From contig JAUYPT010000060.1 in NCBI GenBank assembly GCA_030695685.1, positions 1-33,175 on the forward strand: 33,175 nt of DNA, written 5' to 3'. The DNA comes from Nanobdellota archaeon (GTDB lineage: Archaea > Nanobdellota > Nanobdellia > Woesearchaeales > GW2011-AR9). The position numbers and the translations under genes are program-made. The notes beneath the pieces were generated by a model. That model saw only the letters and a program-made list of their open reading frames with translations. It was not told the DNA's origin and made no database searches. This document shows, piece by piece, positions 8,741-15,736 of this stretch (position 1 is the stretch's first letter; each line of letters begins with the position of its first letter).

Positions 8741-8861
8741 TCACCCACGACGGGATTTGAACCCGTAAGTCTTGGCAGACAAAAGGTTGTCTTACCTTCC
8801 CTTGAGTTCAAACCAAGGGATTTTAAGACCTCCAGCAATTCCTGATTATGCGATGTGGGCG
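8741..8861 (-). tRNA. tRNA-Leu(UAA) with a ~33-nt intron in the anticodon loop and a long variable arm
   Basis: Minus-strand read: GCCCACA TC GCAT AATCAGGAA TTGC .. GAGGT CTTAAAA [TCCCTTGGTTTGAACTCAAGGGAAGGTAAGACA] ACCTT TT GTCT GCCA AGAC TT ACGGG TTCAAAT CCCGT CGTGGGT G. It has a canonical T-arm (GTTCAAATC), G18G19 in the D-loop, C32-U33-UAA-A37, and a class-II variable stem-loop consistent with Leu. The intron (about 8788..8820) contains the hairpin CCCTTG/CAAGGG. Either the acceptor/D junction or the 26 region carries one extra or mismatched nucleotide, so the exact ends are +/-1. Confidence 0.75.
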
Positions 8862-8885
8862 CTTCTTAATTATTTTTAGAATTTG

Positions 8886-8894
8886 TTTATATAT
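8886..8894 (-). promoter_or_regulatory. TATA-box-like element upstream of tRNA-Leu
   Basis: tttatatat (near-palindromic, so it also reads as TATA-like on the minus strand) lies about 26-34 nt upstream of the tRNA 5' end. Confidence 0.4.
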
Positions 8895-8956
8895 CTTAGC
8901 TGAGGTTGACCAGTGCGGGAGTGGGTATAAGTTCATGATTATAATAAAAGTTGCTT

Positions 8957-9214
8957 TTAATCATATGCTCTTGCCCTTTTATCAATGTCAGAAACAAACA
9001 ATAAATTTCTATCATAAAAGAGAGAATATTGAATCCTATAATCACCTACTCTAACTCTAAAAACTTTTTCTTTACAATTAACAACCCTTTTTACATCTTT
9101 AGGAAAAGGATCTTCTTTCAACTTTTCTATTTCAGTTATTATTCTTTTAGCGACATCTTTTTCCGCTTTCTTAAGAAACTTTTTAGCAGTAGAAGAGAAA
9201 TCTACATCAAACAT
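8957..9214 (-). CDS. relE: RelE/ParE-family type II toxin (mRNA interferase)
   Basis: 85 aa. ...KKFLKKAEKDVAKRIITEIEKLKEDPFP...FRVRVGDYRIQYSLFYDRNLLFVSDIDKRARAY matches the archaeal RelE pattern (R.G.YR..Y.......I..I..R..AY). It sits 1 nt downstream of a small partner ORF. Confidence 0.8.
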   Translation of the reverse strand: MFDVDFSSTAKKFLKKAEKDVAKRIITEIEKLKEDPFPKDVKRVVNCKEKVFRVRVGDYRIQYSLFYDRNLLFVSDIDKRARAYD

Positions 9215-9215
9215 T

Positions 9216-9413
9216 TTAGAATCCTAATTCTTTTTTCAAGTCAGAAAAAGGGGTTGTTTTCCCTTCTTTTAGTTCTTTCATGCTTTGTTCAAACCTTTTG
9301 CTTTCTTCTGTGGTCATAATTGTATCTGGATCAAACATGTGTTTTTTAATAAAATCTAAATCTACTTTGATTGTTTTTAATTCTTCGAGTATCTGTTTTA
9401 CTTCTGTTGCCAT
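9216..9413 (-). CDS. Putative antitoxin partner of RelE
   Basis: 65-aa acidic/helical ORF immediately upstream of, and co-directional with, the RelE gene. This is the classic antitoxin-first two-gene layout. A TATA-like ttatataaag lies about 30 nt upstream on the minus strand. Confidence 0.6.
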   Translation of the reverse strand: MATEVKQILEELKTIKVDLDFIKKHMFDPDTIMTTEESKRFEQSMKELKEGKTTPFSDLKKELGF

Positions 9414-9581
9414 GGTATTATTCTCACCATTTAAACTTTATATAACTTTCGTTAGATTTTAGATTTTCTATTATGCAAAATATTGAGAACTTGAGTTATA
9501 GGGAGTTATATTCAATCAGAAGTCGGCCTACTAACACGCAAAAGAAAACTTTATAATCTAATTAATTTTGAATATAATATT

Positions 9582-10298
9582 ATGGAAGGAATAATCCTGA
9601 AAAAAGAAATGAAATCTCCCTCAACTTCCAAGCAATATAAATATTTAGGATTAATTACTGTTTTGTATATTACATTTCAACTTGTTTCAGATATTACTGC
9701 TGGAAAAATCGTCCAACTTGGAATCTTTAATGTTTCAGCAACCGTTCTTTACTTTCCTTTCACCTATATCATTGCTGATATTCTAACTGAAGTGTATGGC
9801 TATGCAAAAGCCAGAAGTGTTGTCTGGATGGTTCTGCTTAGTTCAGTAATTGCAGGTTTAATTTATTCAATTGTTGTTTTCCTTCCACCAGCAGTAGGAT
9901 TTGATGCCAATGATGCTTATGCAAGAGTTTTAGGACAAATCCCTCGTATTCTTGTTGGGGGTTGGATTGCCGTCTGGATTGGAGGTATATTAAACGATTA
10001 TATTCTCGCAAAAATGAAAATCTTGACTAAAGGAAAACATCTCTGGACAAGAACCATAGGCTCAACAATTGTAGGGGAGGGAGCAAATACTGTTTTATTT
10101 TATGTGATAGCACTTTATGCAATTATTCCTACAAATCTACTAATTGCTTCTATCCTTTCCGGTTGGTTCTTAAAAGTTGCAGTGGAAGTAATAATGACTC
10201 CAGTAACCTATAAAGTCATTGCAAAATTAAAGAAAGTTGAGGGAGAAGATTATTACGATACAGATACAGACTTTAATCCATTAATTATTAGACAATAG
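9582..10298 (+). CDS. yhhQ: YhhQ/VUT-family (DUF165) 7-deazapurine (queuosine/archaeosine precursor) transporter
   Basis: 238-aa polytopic membrane protein. YITFQLVSDITAGKIV...YFPFTYIIADILTEVYGYAKARSVVW is the characteristic YhhQ signature. Confidence 0.75.
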   Translation: MEGIILKKEMKSPSTSKQYKYLGLITVLYITFQLVSDITAGKIVQLGIFNVSATVLYFPFTYIIADILTEVYGYAKARSVVWMVLLSSVIAGLIYSIVVFLPPAVGFDANDAYARVLGQIPRILVGGWIAVWIGGILNDYILAKMKILTKGKHLWTRTIGSTIVGEGANTVLFYVIALYAIIPTNLLIASILSGWFLKVAVEVIMTPVTYKVIAKLKKVEGEDYYDTDTDFNPLIIRQ

Positions 10299-10446
10299 AC
10301 GTGCGCCTCATCAAGTTTGCCACTAACATCAGGACTTCTTCGGCTATGCATTGACCTCAACATAAAGTTGAGGGAGCATAACATCGTTAGTCGCAATTAG
10401 AAATTTTGCCCACAATTTATATAAAGCAAAGAACCAGCACTGATAT

Positions 10447-10899
10447 ATGGCACAAATTCCTTTTTACAAACAAGAAACTAATTACACTTGCGGAGCCGCT
10501 TCTATGAGAATGGCTCTGGAATTTTGCGGAATTAAAAAATCCGAAAAACAAGTCGCAAAATTGTTAGGCACAAACAAAGTAAGAGGCACTTGGCATAAGA
10601 ATTTTCCCATTATTGCAGAGAAATTTAGACTAAATCATATGTCTATGAGAAAGGCAACAATTAATGATTTACAGGAGTACCAAAAAAAGGGTTTTATTAT
10701 TATAATTTGCTACTTTTATCCTCAAGAAAAATTTGACCATTATTCTGTTTTGAAAAGAATTGATGATAAATATATTTACTTTTATGACCCTTTTTTTGGT
10801 GAAAATCACAACTACCTCTTGACTTATTTTAAGAAAATATGGAAATCTGATCTTCAGTATGATAATGAAAAATGCTGGTTCTTTGCAGTCAAAAAATAA
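10447..10899 (+). CDS. Stand-alone peptidase C39-like (papain-fold cysteine protease) domain protein
   Basis: 150 aa. Q..NYTCGAASMRMAL carries the candidate catalytic Cys, and FDHYSVLKRIDD the candidate catalytic His. The size matches a single C39_2-type domain. No ABC-transporter domain is attached. Confidence 0.65.
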   Translation: MAQIPFYKQETNYTCGAASMRMALEFCGIKKSEKQVAKLLGTNKVRGTWHKNFPIIAEKFRLNHMSMRKATINDLQEYQKKGFIIIICYFYPQEKFDHYSVLKRIDDKYIYFYDPFFGENHNYLLTYFKKIWKSDLQYDNEKCWFFAVKK

Positions 10900-10972
10900 T
10901 AGTGCCAAATCCCCAACTTCTTCGGCTCAGACCACGCTGCGATCTCACTTCGTTCGGAGAGTTTAACAAGAA

Positions 10973-11275
10973 CTATACTCTATTTTGACTAGTTATAATG
11001 TACTTTCCACCATACAATTCTATATCCTTATTCAATGCAAGTTGTTCAAACTCCAGCAATTTTGCTAGATCTTTATCTACAAGTTCAAATAAATGGGCAA
11101 TACCTGTCTCAATCACACTTCCATGCGGTGTACTTACCCGTACCATTGCAACAATTCCCTCATACTTAGCAGAACCTTCAATGTGTTCTACAATTCTACC
11201 ATATACACCTTCATGAGGTTCATTGAATATGTTCCTCACAAGTACGGGTATACCTATTTTTGTATCTGAGATCAT
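10973..11275 (-). CDS. Hypothetical protein (100 aa)
   Basis: Clean ORF with no recognisable motifs. The antisense ORF at 10998..11216 is shorter and is judged spurious. Confidence 0.45.
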   Translation of the reverse strand: MISDTKIGIPVLVRNIFNEPHEGVYGRIVEHIEGSAKYEGIVAMVRVSTPHGSVIETGIAHLFELVDKDLAKLLEFEQLALNKDIELYGGKYIITSQNRV

Positions 11276-11414
11276 AAATTAAAAATATAGGGGTCTCTTT
11301 ATAAGAATTGTGGCTTAATTTTCCAGTCCGAACTTCTCTGCTTTGCTCTTTTAACAAAGAGAGCACAACAGGAATTAGACTCAATAATTAAAAATTAAAA
11401 AACAAAAAAAATAC

Positions 11415-11687
11415 TCACTTCCTCTTATTCACATTAAACACAACAGCTTCGCCGGTTCGAGGATCGTATTCTTTGGCTAAGCCTTCCGCAGCGACAACGC
11501 CGCCGACAAAGGCAGCAGCCTTATCCGTTAAATCCTCAAGGCATTTTCGCTTATAATCGTCAACCGCACGGTTGATAGCAGTAGTTCGTGCCAGATTAGC
11601 ATCCTCAATATTTCCCTTCACAGTATAAATATTGCCTTCACCGTAGCAGATGTTTTCTTCTTCCAGCGATTCCACGAGCTGTGACAT
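11415..11687 (-). CDS. 5'-truncated duplicate of the LPP20-like lipoprotein gene (no signal peptide; possibly a pseudogene or a cytoplasmic paralog)
   Basis: The 90-aa ORF is identical to the C-terminal 90 aa of the 12620..13012 product except for K/T at one position. The reading frame upstream hits a stop at 11724-11726, immediately after the end of the 232-aa ORF. Confidence 0.5.
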   Translation of the reverse strand: MSQLVESLEEENICYGEGNIYTVKGNIEDANLARTTAINRAVDDYKRKCLEDLTDKAAAFVGGVVAAEGLAKEYDPRTGEAVVFNVNKRK

Positions 11688-11706
11688 CGTTGTTCTGCCG
11701 TAATCA
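11415..11706. repeat. 292-bp direct repeat, copy A (98.6% identical to 12620..12911)
   Basis: Base-by-base comparison shows 4 mismatches in 292 bp (11445 A/T, 11583 A/G, 11617 T/G, 11622 A/G) and no indels. Weaker similarity continues about 25 nt to the left of both copies. Confidence 0.9.
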
Positions 11707-11730
11707 CTAAATGGTGGTTTCGTCTAAAAA

Positions 11731-12429
11731 TTAAGGGGTGAGTGTTTTTGGTCCCAATAATCCTTTTAGTCTTGTGTAAACTTCTTGTAAAAAAGTCCTC
11801 GGAACTGAAGGAATTTCTATAGTTTGATCTTGATAAGGCAATAGAACTACTAGCATATCTCTACCTATTTTTTTACATATAACATCTCTTACTTCAGTTG
11901 CTTGTTTAGGGAGAGATGTATCACCTGCTAAATAATTAGCCAGAGATTGTGCTACATATATACCAACAATTTTAGTTTCAGGGCTGCCTCTAAGTACCAA
12001 CTCATTATGAATATATCTTTGGTGGTCTTTCTTTATTGTTAACATCTCTAATGGGGACATAATTTCTCCTTGATGCTCCTGAGCACATCTTGCTAATTCA
12101 TCTTTTTCCGTTGGGGTTCCAAGATCACCATATGAACAAACTCCTGCAGCAGAGATAACATCATCTGACGGGATTTGAAGAATAAATCCAATATTACCCA
12201 TAGTTGCAGTTCTATGAATCATCTGGCGCCCCCTAAGTTTTTCCCCTGCAGAATCCTCATCTAGGCGAGAGACGAGAGAACAAGAATAATAACGAGACTG
12301 ATCTTGCATAAGTGCAACTTTTTCTTCAAGATATTTTTGGCTATTCTTATCAATATCAAAAAGCCCATGAACTAGATAAATGAAATTTTCTCCATCTCTT
12401 TGCGGATCTGAAAGTATTTCCGAATACAT
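11731..12429 (-). CDS. Hypothetical protein (232 aa) bracketed by the 292-bp direct repeats
   Basis: Uninterrupted ORF that looks AT-richer than the flanking repeats. No confident family assignment. See the findings for a weak H..Y/F..NE[LIV] motif pattern. Confidence 0.6.
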   Translation of the reverse strand: MYSEILSDPQRDGENFIYLVHGLFDIDKNSQKYLEEKVALMQDQSRYYSCSLVSRLDEDSAGEKLRGRQMIHRTATMGNIGFILQIPSDDVISAAGVCSYGDLGTPTEKDELARCAQEHQGEIMSPLEMLTIKKDHQRYIHNELVLRGSPETKIVGIYVAQSLANYLAGDTSLPKQATEVRDVICKKIGRDMLVVLLPYQDQTIEIPSVPRTFLQEVYTRLKGLLGPKTLTP

Positions 12430-12619
12430 ATTAAAAATAAAACACTACCCATTTATAAATGTTCCTATAATTTACCACGGTTCAGTGATTACTAAGGATA
12501 AGCTCTGTAGAATTGCTTTTTAAATAATTTCCCTTCGGGACGTTGCACTAAAAATCAAGTCTTCCCTTTGGTCAGAGGAATATAACCGCGATTAAAAAAT
12601 AAAAAAAACAATAATCTAA

Positions 12620-12911
12620 TCACTTCCTCTTATTCACATTAAACACAACTGCTTCGCCGGTTCGAGGATCGTATTCTTTGGCTAAGCCTTCCGCAGCGAC
12701 AACGCCGCCGACAAAGGCAGCAGCCTTATCCGTTAAATCCTCAAGGCATTTTCGCTTATAATCGTCAACCGCACGGTTGATAGCAGTGGTTCGTGCCAGA
12801 TTAGCATCCTCAATATTTCCCGTCACGGTATAAATATTGCCTTCACCGTAGCAGATGTTTTCTTCTTCCAGCGATTCCACGAGCTGTGACATCGTTGTTC
12901 TGCCGTAATCA
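12620..12911. repeat. 292-bp direct repeat, copy B
   Basis: See copy A (11415..11706). Confidence 0.9.
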
Positions 12912-12997
12912 AATGTATTCTGCATGTTTGCACCAAAAGAAGCGCATCCCGGTGCTGCAATCAGTGCAGCTAAAGTATAGTTTTGTAATGCTTTCAT
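12620..12997 (-). CDS. Small secreted lipoprotein, LPP20-like (full-length copy)
   Basis: Signal peptide with a lipobox-like MKALQNYTLAALIAAPGC. The mature part, ICYGEGNIYTVTGNIEDANLARTTAINRAVDDYKRK, resembles the LPP20/FlgO-type pattern (G.G......A...A...A.R.A). I prefer the ATG at 12997 because GGAGGT lies 7 nt upstream of it; the ORF track's longer start is 13012. Confidence 0.65.
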   Translation of the reverse strand: MKALQNYTLAALIAAPGCASFGANMQNTFDYGRTTMSQLVESLEEENICYGEGNIYTVTGNIEDANLARTTAINRAVDDYKRKCLEDLTDKAAAFVGGVVAAEGLAKEYDPRTGEAVVFNVNKRK

Positions 12998-13108
12998 TGT
13001 AAATACCTCCATTCATCTCAGTTTTACATAAAAATGATGATTCCTCTTTTAAATGTTTCTGCCGTATTTCTAAATCCTTATATATACATTCTATCTCTTT
13101 AATGTTGT

Positions 13109-13405
13109 ATGAAAGAAATATTATTACAACTGATCATCATTGCCTATGCTTTTGATGGTATTATCGGCATCATTGCCTATTGGCCGACGATCAAAGACGT
13201 CTATTACAACAAGCCCAGCGCTAATAAAAGATCATACTTAATCTGGACTATCACTGGTGGAACAGCGTTGTTATATAGTATTTTTATTCTCTCTGATTTC
13301 CTGTTAAGAGTGCTCACAGCATTAAATTTTCTCGCTTGTGCTACCATCTACATTTTAAGTGTGAGAATAAAATCTAAGGATGCTAAAAAGCCAAAAAGCT
13401 TATAA
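13109..13405 (+). CDS. Small 3-TM membrane protein, PQ-loop/SemiSWEET-like
   Basis: 98 aa with three hydrophobic helices. IAYWPTIKDVYYNKPSANKRSYLIW resembles a PQ-loop motif (PQ replaced by PT). Confidence 0.5.
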   Translation: MKEILLQLIIIAYAFDGIIGIIAYWPTIKDVYYNKPSANKRSYLIWTITGGTALLYSIFILSDFLLRVLTALNFLACATIYILSVRIKSKDAKKPKSL

Positions 13406-13427
13406 AAAAAGTGCGTACATTTTAGAT

Positions 13428-13904
13428 ATGAAATTGATACAGCGCTTTTACAAAAATGGATTATCGAGAAAATACAATCAACTCTATCTAGATCATCTCG
13501 TCCAAAAAGCAGAAGTAAGCCAGCGGCGGGAATCAACAGTAACGCATCAGCACTACGATGGGAAAAGAAGGCATTGTATCGACCGTACAGGACGATACCA
13601 CAACGAGGAGTTTCAACGGGGGCCAAAATATTGGAAACCGCAGAAGCCGCAAAGAATACCAAATTCCATCCGCTCCTATGCTGAACTAACCGATGCCATC
13701 AATTCCATTGCTGCTGGTGATACAAATCGTACTGATTATAAAGGCGTTACCGGAATTAATTACGAGCGTCTAAAATTAGCGCAATCCTGGAAAGATAAAG
13801 GGAAGGAGTACACACTCTATAATATCATTTGTTTACGTTCTGAAGAAATAAAAGAAGAGCTTGGATTCGGAAAAGCACGCTTCGGCAAGGTATTCCACGA
13901 TTAA
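13428..13904 (+). CDS. Hypothetical basic protein
   Basis: The ORF track gives 13380..13904. The Met at 13428 avoids overlap with the preceding gene. The N-terminal half is low-complexity and K/R/Q/H-rich, so the coding status of that part is uncertain. The C-terminal half looks globular. Confidence 0.4.
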   Translation: MKLIQRFYKNGLSRKYNQLYLDHLVQKAEVSQRRESTVTHQHYDGKRRHCIDRTGRYHNEEFQRGPKYWKPQKPQRIPNSIRSYAELTDAINSIAAGDTNRTDYKGVTGINYERLKLAQSWKDKGKEYTLYNIICLRSEEIKEELGFGKARFGKVFHD

Positions 13905-14004
13905 GCTGCTTTGTTTGTAGAAGAACGATGCCGTTTCAGTTTATATAACTATTCCCGACCAAAACCGCAAACTATTTTAAACTAAAAAATATTCTCCATA
14001 ATCA

Positions 14005-14625
14005 ATGAAGCTTATTGTATTAGGGGCGCCAGGCAGCGGGAAAGGCACAGTAGCAGAACAATTACATCAGGAATTCAAGCTGTTCTCTCTTTCTGCCGGA
14101 GAATTGCTGCGGGAAGAAGTAGCCAAAAACACAACGTTAGGGAAAGAAATCAAGAAATATATGGAAAAAGGAAATCTTGTTCCCGATACGTTTGTCACGG
14201 AGATGGTTAAGCTGGAAGTCAAAACCAAAAAAGAGTACATACTTGACGGCTTCCCCCGCAGTGTCGAGCAGGCAAAAGCAATTGCAGATCTTAAGATTAC
14301 CAAAGTTATTTATTTAGACGTGCCGGAAAAGATAGTTATAGAAAGGCTATCAGGGCGGAGAATCTGTAAGGCTGGAAAACATACTTACCATCTCAAATAT
14401 CTTCCGCCCAAAAAGAAAGGTATCTGCGATAAAGACAAAACCAGATTAATTCAGCGCAAGGATGATTATCCGAAAGCAATACGAGAGCGGTTTAAGGTCT
14501 ATCATCACATAACCCAGCCGGTAATTCATTTTTATCAGCGTAAAAAAATACTGCAGAGAGTTGATGCCAGCCAATCACCGGAAAAAGTGTATGCTGCAGT
14601 GAAGAAGATTCTGAGGATGAAGTGA
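14005..14625 (+). CDS. adk: Adenylate kinase (long, bacterial-type with LID domain)
   Basis: P-loop LGAPGSGKGT, then ILDGFPRSVEQA. LID segment SGRRICKAGKHTYHLKYLPPKKKGICDKDKTRLIQRKDD. Confidence 0.9.
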   Translation: MKLIVLGAPGSGKGTVAEQLHQEFKLFSLSAGELLREEVAKNTTLGKEIKKYMEKGNLVPDTFVTEMVKLEVKTKKEYILDGFPRSVEQAKAIADLKITKVIYLDVPEKIVIERLSGRRICKAGKHTYHLKYLPPKKKGICDKDKTRLIQRKDDYPKAIRERFKVYHHITQPVIHFYQRKKILQRVDASQSPEKVYAAVKKILRMK

Positions 14626-14631
14626 ATAAAA

Positions 14632-15648
14632 ATGAATTTACAGGATTTACTCCAAACTAAACACAAAGAAATAATCTTCAAACAAAAAGACCAAGCAAGA
14701 ATGATACTTGCCTACCATACTTATGGAAATGGCATCTGTTTTGGAGGAATTAGACTCCTAGATTCAAAAGCCGGCGAAAAAGCGGTAAAAGACGCAGTAA
14801 GGTTAAGTGAAGCCATGACCTATAAACTTGCTTTCATTAATGCACCTTATGGCGGCTGCAAAGCTGTTGTTTTTGAACCGATTGCAGGAAAATCAGATCA
14901 ATTTTTACACGATATTGGAACTCTTATTGAAGAAGAAAAAGGAAGATTCATCCCTGCAATAGACTTTGGTTTTGAACCAGACGATGCAAAAATAATCAGA
15001 GAAACAACAAAGTATATTTTTGCGATTAAAGACTCGGAATTTGGGCAAAGTGGTGTAACCACAGCGTATGGTGTAGTTGAAGGTATAAAAGCAAGTTTGC
15101 ATCAAGCATATGGCTCAGACACAATCAAGGGAAAAAGTTTTGCAATACAAGGATTAGGCAGTGTAGGCAGTATTCTTGCACAAGAATTGATAACATTAGG
15201 TGGGATTGTATCTGTTTCTGATGTAGATGAAGCTAAATTAGATCCATTCAGAAATAGTGCCTCGATTGTCAGTCCAATTCAGATACCATATTTAGAGGTA
15301 GATGTTTTTGCACCCTGCGGACCTGCATATATTATTAATCAAAATTCTATTCCCAATTTGAGATGTCGAATTATTGCCGGCGGAGCAAATTGTCAATTGG
15401 AAGACGAAATAGCAGATGATCAACGATTGCAAGAAAAAGGAATTCTGATTGCTCCAGATTATGTCATTAATGCAGGCGGAGTGATGCAGGGCATCGAAGA
15501 ATTAACGGGAGGTCATCCTGAAAAGGCAATCCAAAGACTAGATTTAATTGCAGACAATTTAATGAGAATTTATGCCATTTCAAAACAACAAGGAAAAGGA
15601 ACGTATGCGGCAGCAAAAGAGATAGCATTATCCAAAATCAAAAATTGA
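14632..15648 (+). CDS. Glu/Leu/Phe/Val dehydrogenase family protein (short, LeuDH-like)
   Basis: 338 aa. Catalytic-Lys region PYGGCKAVV and Rossmann motif IQGLGSVGS. Substrate specificity cannot be read from the sequence. Confidence 0.75.
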   Translation: MNLQDLLQTKHKEIIFKQKDQARMILAYHTYGNGICFGGIRLLDSKAGEKAVKDAVRLSEAMTYKLAFINAPYGGCKAVVFEPIAGKSDQFLHDIGTLIEEEKGRFIPAIDFGFEPDDAKIIRETTKYIFAIKDSEFGQSGVTTAYGVVEGIKASLHQAYGSDTIKGKSFAIQGLGSVGSILAQELITLGGIVSVSDVDEAKLDPFRNSASIVSPIQIPYLEVDVFAPCGPAYIINQNSIPNLRCRIIAGGANCQLEDEIADDQRLQEKGILIAPDYVINAGGVMQGIEELTGGHPEKAIQRLDLIADNLMRIYAISKQQGKGTYAAAKEIALSKIKN

Positions 15649-15736
15649 CCTAAAATATAAGGTTAGTATTTTAAGATCAGGTTTAATTTATTCAGAAAGA
15701 AGCAAAATTAATAAATCATTACCTCTTCATTATAAT

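Noticed and set aside
8636-8845. 69-aa plus-strand ORF in the track (…TTGFEPVSLGRQ…).
   Set aside because: It is the antisense read-through of the tRNA-Leu gene; GFEP is the classic translation of a reversed T-arm. It is not a real CDS.
10299-10446. Two-tier hairpin (tatgc..cctcaac ataaa gttgagg..gcata, about 10346-10392) as a riboswitch or sRNA downstream of the YhhQ gene.
   Set aside because: It is short and simple with no recognisable riboswitch core. It is more likely a transcript-end structure or incidental. It is mentioned under the 12-mer repeat finding instead.
12502-12512. gctctgtagaa, an 11-mer identical to part of the MITE copy 1 terminus, as a possible third (solo) element end.
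   Set aside because: I found no inverted partner and no flanking duplication nearby, and the first G of the terminus is A here. It could be a decayed end or chance, so it is not called.
8741-13012. Classical tRNA-targeted integrated element (integrase plus att repeat of the tRNA end).
   Set aside because: No integrase or recombinase ORF is present, and I could not find a second copy of any tRNA-Leu segment in the window. It is reported only as accessory-looking, not as a defined island.
13348-13662. 104-aa minus-strand ORF overlapping the ends of two plus-strand ORFs.
   Set aside because: It overlaps the better-supported 3-TM gene and the 13428 ORF, has no promoter-like element, and has an implausible composition. 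The region's coding status remains somewhat uncertain.
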